A DNA stretch of 63,867 nt, the filler included, from Octopus bimaculoides (Eukaryota): NCBI RefSeq assembly GCF_001194135.2. It is 4 parts of 3 records of this genome, joined end to end, with 100 filler letters (N's around TTAATTAATTAA, not from the genome) between each part and the next. Parts side by side here need not be neighbours in the genome. Positions count along the whole stretch, not along the records: positions 1 to 29,643 come from NC_068993.1; 3 more parts are not named here. The stretch is one strand, 5' to 3'. Numbering within the stretch: position 1 is the stretch's first letter; each line of letters begins with the position of its first letter. The position numbers and the translations under genes are program-made. Under the pieces are notes generated by a model. It saw only the letters and a list, made by a program, of their open reading frames with translations. It had not been told where the DNA came from and ran no database searches. This document shows, one piece after another, positions 1 to 13,114 of this stretch.

Positions 1-43
<43 letters not shown>

Positions 44-228
44 CACGTATAGAGAAGAAACGAGCACATGTATGAGGATACGAGTTGAAGGAGGGAAAGA
101 TGAGAGAGAGAATGTGTATGTGTTTGTGTATATATATATGGATGAATGTGAGAGTGGGAGAGAGATGGTGATGGTGGTGGTGGTGGTATTGAGTGTGTGT
201 GTATGTGTGTGTGCGTGTGTGTGTGTAG
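1..228. repeat. Compound (GA)n/(GT)n/(GGT)n microsatellite block
   Basis: Directly visible dinucleotide and trinucleotide runs. Confidence 0.9.
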
Positions 229-949
229 ATTAGTGCAAGAGAAGATGAGAAAAGAGAGTGTGTGTATGTTTTGTGTGGAAAGGTGGGGATTGTAGCGAGA
301 GTAAGAGAGAGAAAGAGAAGGAGAGAGAGGAAGAGGGAATGAGAAGAAGAGGAAAGTGTACGAGAGGATAATAATGTATGTTTGTGTGCGCGCTCATATA
401 ATGTAGATAAGAGCCAGGGGGAAATGACCAAAACAGCACCAATGCCACGGAAAGTGACTATTAAGGCAAAGAGTGGCGAACTAACTGTCGTACATTCTAA
501 ATACTAAATTTATTGAAACTTCCCTCAGAGTAAAAGAGAGAAAGCAAAAAAGTCTAGCGGCAATTGTTAGAAGCACTAAAATAAAAGGGGAGATCATTTC
601 AAGTAAATTAATAAATTTCTCTTATAAATTTACAAGCTTAGTGAAAGGACAGTCAAGTATATAGTTCAGTCTAATCGAACTTACATATTAGAAGATGAAT
701 ATTTTGAGCATAGAAAAAACAGAATTGAGTGTATTGTCGGCCACCGCTAATTTGTATAATTAAAAATCAAATAAAGATAAATAATAATATGGAGTCAATT
801 ACATGGATTTAGATATTTATATAACAAAATCATGCACACACACATTTATATAAGCACATGTGGGTCTGAGTGTCCTCCATGAGATGATGCTCTAGTTTTA
901 ACAACTCCTTGATAAGTGAGGTACCTCATTATAGTTGCGTATAGAAAAT

Positions 950-1400
950 TGCTACTTGTCGATTTGTCCCATTCTACCCAATGAAACCCTTCTATTTGCT
1001 AGAAAAGATTCTGATTGGACCTGACTTAAATTAATACGGCTAGGTTAGCTGGGGGAAGGTTGTACTCAGTTATCATTCCAGGTAGACCACTAGTGTAGGC
1101 AGTCAAGAGCCAAAGTGTTTGACGCAGCTATGGGCTCCTCTGACACCGCCGAGGTTACTGACCTTATTGGTCTATACTTACACTGCCATCTGAGAGGAAG
1201 ATTTCCGAACCTGCCTGGCAAGGGGTGGGGACTGCACACGGATGATGCTCTCCTAAACCGCCTTTCGATATTTCGAGTTGGGCTAGAAGAGGCTCGGAAA
1301 CACCCATTTTCAGAACTATGATATTTCCATAACTTTCAGATGGGTTACCTTCCTAGACATTACTTGAGATCTAGACTCAGGACTGTAGTAATATTCATTG
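950..1400 (+). mobile_element. Decayed Penelope-like element (PLE) reverse transcriptase fragment
   Basis: The ORF at 1115 reads FDAAMGSSDTAEVTDLIGLYL...GLHTDDALL, matching the PLE RT pattern FDVTMGS(Y/F)DGAE(V/I)CELVGLY...GLYRDDGL. Downstream, in another frame, VTFLDIT*DL matches VNFLDVTL(D/N)L. An FYP motif lies near 975. Stops and frameshifts are present. Confidence 0.75.
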
Positions 1401-2229
1401 CCAGATCACGTTAACAGGTCCCGTTCGTTCGCATTCGTGGAGCTAAATTCTGGAGCGCGTGCAGTCGGGCCGCAGGGCTCTTCCTACAACCTCATGTTGT
1501 GTTGTCGATGACACACAGTTTTGAGCAGGACGCATATTTCCTCCGTCAATGTTTTGTTGTCTTTACGTATGGCTTATTAAATCTTCTTCGCCACGTGATA
1601 TAAACATATATATCTTCAGTAATAAAGATTTTATATTACAATTAAGTTATATATAATATCATATAATATAATATAATATTATATTATATCATATTATATT
1701 ATTAACGATATACATCTTTTATCTGGTTCAGACATTAGACTGCGTCCACGTATATGGTTGGGTACCAAACATCTTACACACAACCACGCCTGCGCCTATT
1801 AATAAAAATCACAAATGATCTACATCTCTAATTTCCTAATTAGCTGTATCTTTTATATTTTCGTGAAGCCCAGCTTCTCAAGTTTGGCAAGTATAGCGCT
1901 ATTAAGTTACCGTCTGGTCTTAGTATCTGCAGATTTCACATTAGTTCGTCAGACAAGTTTCCCCCTTTTTCTTTTCTCTTTCTTGTCCCTGACGAATGTG
2001 TATCTTCCGTAATTTCTATATTTTTTATACAATATGGGTGGGAACTCTAATATTTTTGCCTTCAGGCTTATCTTTTCTCGGATTTAATTGCATAATGTTT
2101 TGGTAATTTATATATGTATCTATACAAACGCGGTGAAGCAGCGAATCCTATTTCAAAGATCATATATAAATAGAAATCGAAATTACATTCCTGTCGCCGA
2201 AGAACAACCACCGATTTCGAGCAGAAAGG

Positions 2230-2245
2230 ATTATTATTATTATTA

Positions 2246-2304
<59 letters not shown>
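2230..2304. repeat. (ATT)n microsatellite
   Basis: Direct inspection. Confidence 0.95.
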
Positions 2305-2306
<2 letters not shown>

Positions 2307-3229
2307 GACAGTGGAAAAGATGTTTGCGATTTTAGTCTTGATGAGAGCACCAATTGGCTTTTTAATCAAGCAATTTATTTAATTAACAGTTTAAGCTATT
2401 AAGATATCTAACGAAGTATATTCCTCTTACGACGACTGTTTGATACCGAAAAATGTCTGCCTATTATTTCATACCTTGCTTGTGTCTCTATTCTTTTGTT
2501 TAGTTTTTATTTTTTTCTCTTTCTTTTCCCTTCTTCATTGCGATATATCGGTGTATGTTCGTACGTATGTTCCTATTTCTCTGTGTGTTTCTATGTNNNN
2601 NNNNNNNNNNNNNNNNNNNNNNNNNNNNNNNNNNNNNNNNNNNNNNNNNNNNNNNNNNNNNNNNNNNNNNNNNNNNNNNNNNNNNNNNNGGGGGGGGAGG
2701 TGAGGGGTAGGTTTTCTGCGGTAACTTTCGTTGACGGGACCGTTCAGTGTATTAAGTGCAAGATCATTACACGTCTGCTTAACACCTTCTCCAGGAGAAT
2801 TGCCTGGCAGAAAATAAATGATGTGATTTAACTGGTCTGTCAGGTTCTCTGTGCCAGCTTCGCACTGTCTCAGCATTCACCGACTTTGTTTTATTATTCT
2901 GTGTTTGAATATTATTACAGATCCGAGTGACGAGACCTCCCTCACTCATCTTTTAAATTATCTCCCTTGAGAACATTTTTATTATCTTCCTTCATTTTCT
3001 TCTCCACCCCTATGTCGAATCTCACCGTCTTCTTGCTCCCTCCTCATCCTCATGCTTCGTGCTCTGTCTCTCTTCATCATCACTTGACTGTTCGCCTTTT
3101 TCCTTGGTTGTGGTGGGGTTGATGACGATGGTGGTGCTGGTGTTGGTGGCGGTGGTGGCCTAAATCTAATCAGAAGTGAATAATTTGCTATCAAATGTTA
3201 TTGACTGGAATAAATCTGTGTTGTTAATA

Positions 3230-3488
3230 ACAACAACGAAAACAACCGAAACAACATTGACAATAACAATAGCAACAACGATCACTACAACAACAACAAC
3301 AACAACAACAACACTAACAATAATTCGATTTCTATATTTTGATTTCTCCGAGAATAAGAGGACAAAACCAAGTTGTTTGTTCAATGACGAAGAAGACAAC
3401 GACGAAGAGGAAGACAACAACAATGATGAAGTTAACAATGCTGCTGTTGATAATAGTGATGATGATGACGATGATGATAACCATCGTC

Positions 3489-3520
<32 letters not shown>

Positions 3521-3690
3521 CATCATCATCGTCATCATCGTCATCATCGTCATCATCATCATCATCATCTTCATCATCATCATCACCATCGTCATCATCG
3601 TCATCATCGTCATCATCATCATCATCATCATCATCGTCATCATCATCATCACCATCATCATTATCGTCGTTGTTGTTGCTATTGCTGTTG

Positions 3691-3753
<63 letters not shown>
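3230..3753. repeat. Compound trinucleotide array (AAC/GAC/GAT/CAT/TGT/ATT)n
   Basis: Direct inspection; it accounts for the poly-T/H/Y/C ORFs in the track. Confidence 0.95.
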
Positions 3754-3773
3754 NNNNNNNNNNCCGAGCGCAG

Positions 3774-4044
3774 CTCTGTGCGCCTTGGGTATGTGCTGTG
3801 GTTTGCTGTGGTGCTCTTATGTTTACTGTATTGAAAGTGTTTTGCGTAGAATGTGTGCAGTACCCAGTAGTGCAATTTTTGTAAGTCCTGGTGTTTTTGT
3901 TATGTATTTGTCTGAATATTTTTTTATTATACCTAAGGCACCTACTATGATAGGAATTGTTTCTGTTTTTAGATTCCACATTCGAGTTATCTCTATTTCC
4001 AGGTCTTTGTATTTTGAAAGTTTTTCCATTTCTTTTAGAGAAAC

Positions 4045-4045
<1 letters not shown>
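3774..4045 (-). mobile_element. 5'-truncated 3' end of an RLE-type non-LTR retrotransposon (R4/Dong-like)
   Basis: The minus-strand frame reads NVSLKEMEKLSKYKDLEIEITRMWNLKTETIPIIVGALG...KIALLGTAHILRKTLSIQ*. This is the C-terminal restriction-like endonuclease region (KE-EK--KY-DL, P-IVGALG). (TAA)n flanks both sides. Confidence 0.85.
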
Positions 4046-4092
<47 letters not shown>

Positions 4093-4402
4093 TTTTTATT
4101 GTTTTCATAAGACCAGATTGTTGTCACACTTGAAACACTTTTCAACTTAGGCCTGCTTATTCAAAGATGAGCTGGGACTAAATAACAAGAGCAAATGTTG
4201 GTTCTTGAAAGTGGTTGATCAGTTTGCTAGAAATAGTAACCTAATCATAGACAACTATTTAAAGTAGATATTGGAGAATGCAGTCCTAGATACGCTACAT
4301 CTGCAGAAAACTCAATACAGGATCATTATTAGTGGAATGTCTTTGATTGTCGGTCTGTTCTTGCAGAACTGGCTTCAGGCTGAACAACAGCACTTGCAAC
4401 AC

Positions 4403-4440
<38 letters not shown>

Positions 4441-4931
4441 TTGTTGCTGCCTCTAGTTTACATAATTAACCAATTAAAATAACAACTGATAGATGAGTGA
4501 AAAACAAGCCAGCAAACGTCGACAAAATCATAACATAATCTTCTATTCGACTAAGCAAGAGGATTTTAGTGTCAAATAGTGTTTTACTTCGGAAACTCCC
4601 TGATCCTAACCCTTAAGCACAGACATCCCAACATTTCTCTCTCTCTTCCTCGCTTTCCTTCTTTATTTCTTCCTTTCTTCCTTCTTTTCTTTCCTTCCCA
4701 TGTTTCGATTCTAGCGATAGAGAGTAATTTTTGTTTCCCCTTTCGCAGAAATTCATAGACATAAACACATACACGTCATACACATGCGCACAAGAACATA
4801 CACACACACGCACACACACACACACGTGCATGCACACGCATACATGAGCGTGCACACACACATACATAGATACACATGCGTGTATACGAGTTTATATATA
4901 TATATATGTATGTATGTAGTATGTAAAAACG

Positions 4932-4982
<51 letters not shown>

Positions 4983-5441
4983 TACACATACATATATGTC
5001 TGTCTGTTTGTGCATGTATATATACATATACATGCACACACACAAACACACACGTATTTACATACAAATGCACTCACACGAACATACACAGACACTCTCA
5101 CATAAACACGAACACAATATCTATGATATGAAAAAAAAAAGAAAGAAAAAGAAAATAGGAGAAAAAGCATTTTTTTAACAAAAATTCGAACCGGTTAGCA
5201 CTAATTAAGGAGAGGAAGCTTCGTAATTGAAAGAACTAATTATATGTGTTGCTTAGATTGCACACGGGAACAATGACATCTAGATGAAGGTTTTTACACC
5301 TGAAGGGATAAAGAATCAATTATTCAAAACAATAGAATTATCAACCTTTTCCTTCACTCCTCCCCTACTTAATGCCACCTCACTCGACTCATCGTGCTGT
5401 ACGGCAGTCGGCCGACTACAAACGAAGACGTTTAGATCACT

Positions 5442-5442
<1 letters not shown>

Positions 5443-5511
<69 letters not shown>

Positions 5512-5516
5512 CATCC

Positions 5517-5605
<89 letters not shown>

Positions 5606-5660
5606 ATCTGTCTAATATATCTGTCTGTCTTTCTATCTGTCTGTCTATCTGCCTGTCTTT
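5443..5660. repeat. (CTAT)n/(CTGT)n tetranucleotide microsatellite
   Basis: Direct inspection. Confidence 0.95.
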
Positions 5661-6216
5661 CTCTGTCTCTCTTTCTCTCCCTATCTCTCTCTCTACCTCG
5701 TTCTCTCTCTACCTCGTTCTCTCTCTACTTCTCTCTATGTGTATGTCTATATTATGTACATATTGTATATATGTGTACACAAACATGCACACACGCACAC
5801 TCCACTATACATATACGTTTTTCTGAAATGGTAAACTTAATTGTTCGTTTGGTACTTATTTGTTGATAATTGTCTTGTTTTACTAAAAACCAACATGTCG
5901 GGTCTACTCCCTGTACTTTAAGCAAACACATTTACTGCTAAAAAAAAAATTTTTTTTTAAATGACGTTTAGAAGTATATCGAAATTTTCAGATTATTTAT
6001 TTAACATTTCCTTTATTTTGTTCAGTTTTTTTTCTTTTTTGTTTCGGGGTTTTTGGACTTTAAGAGAGAAAGTAGCGGGATTGAAACTGAATCTCCCCAA
6101 CTCCCCAAATCCTTACCACCACCATTATGAGTTTGCAAATGGCGTTGAAAGGACTCTTATAAGTCTGCTGAAACGACTGGTCAAGCAATCGTTTACTTAA
6201 TTAATTAGCTATTTAC

Positions 6217-6258
6217 TATTTTACCAATAATCAATAATTATTGATTATTGGTAAAATA
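6217..6258. repeat. Perfect 42-bp palindrome without spacer
   Basis: tattttaccaataatcaataa is followed immediately by its exact reverse complement ttattgattattggtaaaata. Confidence 0.95.
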
Positions 6259-6259
6259 A

Positions 6260-6590
6260 TCAAAAGTTCTTTATTGTTTGGATTTCGAAAAGCTGGAAAA
6301 CAAAGTTGACCTTTACAGGATTTGACCTCACAATGTAAGGAACCGGAAGAAATACAACTTGGCATTTCAAGTCATGTGGTAACGATTCTGCCGGCTTAAC
6401 AACAACAACAATAATTCTTTCTACTAAAGGCGCAGTGACCGAAATTTTGGTGGGTTGGTCAATTACATTGAACCTCGAAAGGATGAAAAGCATGGTCGAC
6501 CCGAGCGGAATTTGAACCCAGGATGTAAAGCGGGACTGCTGTTGAAAACGTTTTGTTCGGCACGCTAACGTTTATTAAGCTCACCACCTT
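6260..6590 (-). mobile_element. Two tandem copies of a ~190-bp SINE-like repeat
   Basis: The reverse complement shares the modules ggtgagct...gaatcgttagc/acc and ggttcaaat(t)ccgc...gtcgac/aac-tttg-ttt-catcc with the copies at 31150-31915 and 42765-42960. Confidence 0.6.
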
Positions 6591-6591
6591 C

Positions 6592-6677
<86 letters not shown>

Positions 6678-6837
6678 TCAGTGCGACCATGAGATAGAGA
6701 ATAGGAAGCCAAACATAGTCTTAATTGAGAAAGGAAACAAATTATGCTGGATCATAGATATAGCATGCCCAACTGACAACAAGGTATGCGATAAGGAAGA
6801 AAGAAAAGTCGACAGATATGACAAGTTAGCTTATTAA
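6678..6837 (+). mobile_element. RLE-type LINE endonuclease fragment (R4/Dong-like)
   Basis: The frame reads QCDHEIENRKPNIVLIEKGNKLCWIIDIACPTDNKVCDKEERKVDRYDKL, matching the RLE motif R(K)PD(I)V...IIDIA-P-D...KE-EK--RY. It starts directly after an (AAT)n run. Confidence 0.8.
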
Positions 6838-6849
6838 CTTGACCATGTT

Positions 6850-7330
6850 TTCATTAGTCACTTATATCCTTACTTCACCTAAAATTCTTTTGGTCAATCG
6901 GACTCCAAATGTTAATAGTTTTTGGTTACTTTTCTTTCTCCCTCTAATACAGAAAGCGGCTCTGTAACCCCATCCCATGTTAATACAAATTGCAATGACT
7001 GCCATACCATACTTCAGAGAAACGAAGTATGACAGGGGTATTTTCTCACAGGTGTGTTGAAGGTATTTAAGAATTTCTTGCTCTTGAAGTGAACTGAGAG
7101 AACCTTCAAATTAAGATATTATAAACTTATTGATACTTCATGCCTGAGTTTCAGTATAGCTTATTTTGCGCTAAAAATCCTGTTTTTCGTCTCATGTGCC
7201 CAAGTGCAACCTATTCAGTAGACTTGTCTATATTTTGTTTATGCTATTCTTTTAAATTTGTTCATTAGAGAGGGATCCGTGCCATATTTTATTGCACCTT
7301 TCCTATCAAGCTAATGAGCTTGATTATATA
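6850..7330 (-). mobile_element. Possible very old LINE relic (RTE/L2-like C-terminal region)
   Basis: Broken minus-strand fragments KKFLNTFNTPVR, PVILRFSEVW and RLTKRILGEV resemble LFNTCV-PVLLYGSETW...RLPK-IL-GEL. Many stops. Confidence 0.3.
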
Positions 7331-7827
7331 CAAATCCTGTTTCTGATTTCCGTGCTCGTAAATTTGAGCGAGATAATGAGGAGTTTTTCTCTCTGCTGGA
7401 GATGTTGCTTCGGGATAAAATCGGGGTCATCAAACGATGTAGCTATGTAAGTATATATGTATGGTTAATCAGGTGTATATTAATTACTGTTATAATTGCA
7501 AATAGTGTTGGGTCAGAGTTGGCAGAAGAAATTTAGAAGGCAACAGTCGGTATTCTATAATTACCTGTCAACCTCACATTTTATATACATCCGAGTCAAA
7601 AACGTGCACAAGCGATGCGTACATGTAGCTGAATATACAAATACACCAACGGTAATCTAATCTGTACCACACATATACATATATACTCCCCATAGATCCA
7701 TACACACATGCATACATACGTACATACACACATGCATGCACACATGCATGCATGCATGCATACATGCATGCATACATGCATACATGCATATATGTATACA
7801 TACATATATACATACATACGTACACGC

Positions 7828-7871
<44 letters not shown>

Positions 7872-7874
<3 letters not shown>

Positions 7875-8092
7875 CAAAATTGGACAAGAACGGAAAACAT
7901 CCAGACAGTTAGGTGATACAAAAAAGGGACAACAAAACATCCAGAAATACGATACAAAGAAAACACGGACAGGTCATTCGGAGTTTTATTTCTTCAGTCG
8001 AGTTCCAGATTATCCTCGCAATTTCGGCTGGCTATACTCGATATTGCTCCAATCTGGCCAGCCCCAAGGAAAAACTAAGCTAAGAGCATATC
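7872..8092. mobile_element. Short non-autonomous interspersed repeat inserted at a (TA)n tract (possibly PLE-related)
   Basis: GC-richer ~220-bp unit (..tttcggctggctatactcg..ggccagccccaaggaaaaactaagctaagagc) starting immediately after (TA)n. The family assignment is from recall. Confidence 0.35.
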
Positions 8093-8189
8093 GTCATAAT
8101 ATGGTAGTTTGATATCACCGAAAAAAGACGGCCGGCTGGTACACAAGCATCAATGAAATATAATAAATCTGCAAAAAATTGTAAATGAG

Positions 8190-8800
8190 TTCGATCTTTC
8201 AGTCAATCAAAATTTAAAATGGTGATAAAACAAGGGTTTATTGGAAGTATTTATAAGATAAATCTTTGGCTGGAAACCAAGAACAAAATGCTAACAATGT
8301 TTAAGACTAATAAAGAATTAACCATTCTCGCATGTGCCAATAATTCATGTATATAACGAAAGTTAACGTTTTGGTAATTGGCACATTTAAGTGCACACGG
8401 CCTTTTAACAAAATTGTAGACTTGCGTGGGGTTTGCAAAAACTCAAGAAAGTGCTTGACTAGAGAAAAACAATTTTCATGATTTCTTACTTCATACTTTT
8501 GTTGCATTCGTTCGTCAGAGCTTAGGGCATTGAAGAAGCCTGCAAATACAAGTGTCTGCTATTCCTGGATAATGGCAGAACAGACCCACATGGATGAAAC
8601 TCATTTGTAACAGAATTTGTGCATGTGATTTGTTATGAAACATAATATTCATGACTCAATTCATGTGTAACTCATTGGGAACTCTACATGTTAATATTAA
8701 CATTATTTTTATGACGAAAATTACAACTTTATACAGTTTTTACGTTCAAAATGACTTGTGACTTCATGGCAAGTAGGCAAGCCTGAAATATTTTTAAGAA
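8190..8800 (+). mobile_element. Tigger/pogo-type DDE_1 transposase pseudogene (may extend to ~9400)
   Basis: Fragments in shifting frames: NGDKTRVYWKYL*DKSLA (cf. NADETGLYWK-LP-KTLA); KELTILACANNS (ER-T-LACANA); VLVIGTFKCTRPFN (LLVIGKSK-PRAF); FHDFLLHTFVAFVRQSL; KCLLFLDNGRTDP (K-LLLLDN-SAHP). Confidence 0.75.
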
Positions 8801-9848
8801 CTTGGCCAAAGTTATGGACGAACATTAAGATTTAGAGTGTGATGAAGATGAAGATTTTTGAAGGATTCCATATGTAGGATTCCATAATGTAGAGGATATC
8901 AGAAATGCAAGAACTGGTGGAACCTGTTCACGATTATATCTAGAAGACAATCTTCTCTGCAAATGTTATTTTGCTGGCATAGAAGAGTAGATACGCACCC
9001 AAGATATTTTTGAAGTTGCAACCATTTTCACTGATCGAGAAATCATTCAAAGCATTACAATTCCATAGAAAATAGAACAGAGTTGTTCAGAAAATCTGGT
9101 GTGTATTAGGCAAGAAAGTTGAAGAAAACATTTTAGACATTTGCAGAAAAATGCATTGAAAGAGATTTTAAAGACAATATTATACACGGAGAGAAGAAAA
9201 ACTGGGCTACAGCAAAGGACAACGAAACGGTTAAAGTTTGTGGAAGAGAATCATAGATTCAGTTTACGATCTTTTATGCTTGAACACTTGACTGAGAACA
9301 GTCTTATCACAAATATATTACAAAGTTGAAAACAAGATAATATACAAAAATATTTCTAGAAAGTTACAGAAACGCTAAGGAGTGCAGCAGATGCACTAAA
9401 AGCTCCGAGGTTATAAACAAGAACAACACAAGTCGTGCAAATGAACGAATATTTATTTGTTCTTTATTTCATATTTTATATTTTGCATTTCGTTAATATG
9501 CTAAAAATAAATAATCGATTTGTATAGAATAGCTTCTGTTTTCATTTGCTTATTAGATTATTTTTTAAAACGTTCATTTTTAAATAGGATTTCAAGCTTC
9601 ACAAACCCATTCTTTCGTTGTAATAAATATTTGTTTTCAATTTCTTTTGTCAAGTGTTGAATTAATTTTCCTTTAAAATTGCTTATTTTGATGAATAAAG
9701 TAGGCCGTTCTTCCTGATGAATGATTTAAGAAAGTTTAACAGGACACCGCTTCTTAACTTCTCCTTAATTCCATTATGGCGTTATATTTGAATTTTAAAA
9801 GTGCTGCTCGAGAATAAGGCAAAAATTTAAAGATGAGGTGAGACCCAA

Positions 9849-9923
<75 letters not shown>

Positions 9924-9996
9924 AGGTAGGTAGGTATCTCTCTGTGTCTGTGTATGTGTGTGTCTCTCTCTGTCTTTCTCAGTGTATCTCTCTCTG

Positions 9997-10075
<79 letters not shown>

Positions 10076-10262
10076 GCATGTATAAGAATAGTATATATAT
10101 ATATATGCATATGTACGTATATATATATGTATATATATGTGTGTGTGCGTGCGTGTGGTATGTGCAAAAGGTGTGTTCAATTCTCTATGTGTATTATTAT
10201 GTTCCTGCGTAGCGAGTGAGCTCTCGGATTCAAGTGTCGACCAGGAGTAAGACACACACAAA

Positions 10263-10272
10263 CGCGCGCGCG

Positions 10273-10315
<43 letters not shown>
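10263..10315. repeat. (CG)9 followed by (CA)n; alternating purine-pyrimidine tract
   Basis: Direct inspection. Confidence 0.95.
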
Positions 10316-11110
10316 NNNNNNNNNNNNNNNNNNNNNNNNNNNNNNNNNNNNNNNNNNNNNNNNNNNNNNNNNNNNNNNNNNNNNNNNNNNNNNNNNNNNN
10401 NNNNNNNNNNNNNNNNNNNNNNNNNNNNNNNNNNNNNNNNNNNNNNNNNNNNNNNNNNNNNNNNNNNNNNNNNNNNNNNNNNNNNNNNNNNNNNNNNNNN
10501 NNNNNNNNNNNNNNNNNNNNNNNNNNNNNNNNNNNNNNNNNNNNNNNNNNNNNNNNNNNNNNNNNNNNNNNNNNNNNNNNNNNNNNNNNNNNNNNNNNNN
10601 NNNNNNNNNNNNNNNNNNNNNNNNNNNNNNNNNNNNNNNNNNNNNNNNNNNNNNNNNNNNNNNNNNNNNNNNNNNNNNNNNNNNNNNNNNNNNNNNNNNN
10701 NNNNNNNNNNNNNNNNNNNNNNNNNNNNNNNNNNNNNNNNNNNNNNNNNNNNNNNNNNNNNNNNNNNNNNNNNNNNNNNNNNNNNNNNNNNNNNNNNNNN
10801 NNNNNNNNNNNNNNNNNNNNNNNNNNNNNNNNNNNNNNNNNNNNNNNNNNNNNNNNNNNNNNNNNNNNNNNNNNNNNNNNNNNNNNNNNNNNNNNNNNNN
10901 NNNNNNNNNNNNNNNNNNNNNNNNNNNNNNNNNNNNNNNNNNNNNNNNNNNNNNNNNTGTGTGTGTGTAAAGAGCCAGATAAACAGAAATTTATCGACAG
11001 ACACAAACAACGAGATAATTAAGACAACCAGCTGGCCAGATCACTCCGTAGGTGGTTAGGTGGCTACATACAGAGTAAGACGGAGCGGACCAATGAGACA
11101 GTCAGGCATA

Positions 11111-11150
<40 letters not shown>

Positions 11151-11488
11151 CACACAAATACAAACAATTGTAAACAGACACACTGACACACACAAACACA
11201 CACACACACACACATATGGTTACGCGTGTAAACAAATTTTCATAACTTTCTTGCAAGTACCAGTTGGGAATAAGGTTTCTGCTTTTGCGTTTCATTTGTG
11301 TTTTGTTTTTAATCCTTCCTTCCTTACTATCTTTCCAAACAGCACCTGTATGTACACCATCCTTTCCAATAACGTTTATCTCTTCATATTTGTGTGCTGT
11401 GCGTTTATGTGTGTGCATACGAACGTACCTACGCATGCGTGCTTGTCTACATACAAGCTGTATATGTACGCGTGTACATGTTTACTGA

Positions 11489-11523
<35 letters not shown>

Positions 11524-12459
11524 TNNNNNNNNNNNNNNNNNNNNNNNNNNNNNNNNNNNNNNNNNNNNNNNNNNNNNNNNNNNNNNNNNNNNNNNNNNNN
11601 NNNNNNNNNNNNNNNNNNNNNNNNNNNNNNNNNNNNNNNNNNNNNNNNNNNNNNNNNNNNNNNNNNNNNNNNNNNNNNNNNNNNNNNNNNNNNNNNNNNN
11701 NNNNNNNNNNNNNNNNNNNNNNNNNNNNNNNNNNNNNNNNNNNNNNNNNNNNNNNNNNNNNNNNNNNNNNNNNNNNNNNNNNNNNNNNNNNNNNNNNNNN
11801 NNNNNNNNNNNNNNNNNNNNNNNNNNNNNNNNNNNNNNNNNNNNNNNNNNNNNNNNNNNNNNNNNNNNNNNNNNNNNNNNNNNNNNNNNNNNNNNNNNNN
11901 NNNNNNNNNNNNNNNNNNNNNNNNNNNNNNNNNNNNNNNNNNNNNCCCCACCAGCCCCACCACAACCACCACCACCACTACCACCACCACCACCACCATT
12001 ATCATCACCACCACCTCCATCATCGCCACCACCACCAACACTAATACTACTAACACAACCGACAACAATATTAGCAACTATAACCGCCACCACTGTCGGC
12101 ACCGTCATGTCACCACCACCACCACCACCACCGCCACCATAACTATTAACAACAATCACATTCACAAACAGCAAGGGAAAGGGGGAAGAAAAAGAAATGA
12201 GCAACATACGACAGAAGAAAGGAAAAATGGTGATCGACAAGAATATTAATATATAGATATATATAATGTAGAGAAAAGATGCATAAAATATGATGAGATG
12301 ATTACGAGGACGACGATGATGGCGATGACTATGATGATGATGATGATAGTCGTGATATTGAAGGTGAGTGATAAATACGACTATATTAATAGCAACAACA
12401 ACAAAACAGTCATCCGGCAATATTATTAACGAAAGCTAGAACTAATAATATAAATAACA

Positions 12460-12511
<52 letters not shown>

Positions 12512-12614
12512 TAACCATATCGTGGTTAGTGTTAATAATAATAGTACCAGGATGAGTCAAAAGATTCTTGTATTTCAAGCGATAACTAAATGTTCAAACA
12601 AATTAGATCCGTAA

Positions 12615-12855
12615 AGTGTTTATATCGCGTCATATTCTATTGTCTGTTGCCATCGTTCTTGTGCCAGAAGCTCAATTCCTCGTTTATACCATCTGGCTGG
12701 TTTACAAGTAAAAACTTCCCTGCACCCGTTTTTCAACCTCATCCATATTGTTGAATTTTCTTCTGTTTGGGATAAAAGCTGTGGCTCGGAAAAGGTCTGG
12801 AGAGGAAGCAGGCTAAGGCAGCAATTCCAACCCATTAGTTTCCACAAGTTGGCAT
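12615..12855 (-). mobile_element. Mariner transposase C-terminal fragment
   Basis: The minus strand reads GLELLP*PASSPDLFR (cf. WE-LPHPPYSPDLAPSDYHLFR), RKFNNMDEVEK, and FTCKPARWYKRGIELL-ERWQQTIEYD (cf. FF-SK---Y--GI--LPERWQK-IE-DG). Confidence 0.8.
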
Positions 12856-12874
12856 TTGGTTACATTAACAATAT

Positions 12875-13025
12875 ATTATTTACATTATTTACATTTGACG
12901 GATATTTGTCCTCATCTTGTTTGTTGTTAACACAACGTTTCGGCTGATATACACTCCAGCCTTCATCAGGTGTCTTGGGGAAATTTCGAACCTGGGTTCT
13001 CATTCCGAAGGTATTTTTCGATGTA

Positions 13026-13081
<56 letters not shown>

Positions 13082-13114
13082 CATAATTACTCAGGTCACT
13101 GCCTAGAATCGAAC

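Noticed and set aside
2690-2940. Unique island with a good minus-strand acceptor (tttattttctgccAG near 2805)
   Set aside because: No good donor, and no recognisable peptide in any frame. Could be a non-coding element but is unsupported.
3176-4150. Long ORFs (324, 215, 181 aa) with poly-H/T/Y/C tracts
   Set aside because: They arise from stop-free trinucleotide microsatellites, cross an N gap, and overlap a LINE fragment on the opposite strand.
7975-8000. Possible further hammerhead (CTGAAGA...GAAT on the minus strand)
   Set aside because: GAAA reads GAAT, stem II does not pair well, and no stem I partner is found.
10177-12420. Numerous 170-330 aa ORFs, here and at 27, 38, 56-57 and 59-61 kb
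   Set aside because: They consist mostly of X from assembly gaps plus dinucleotide-repeat translations.
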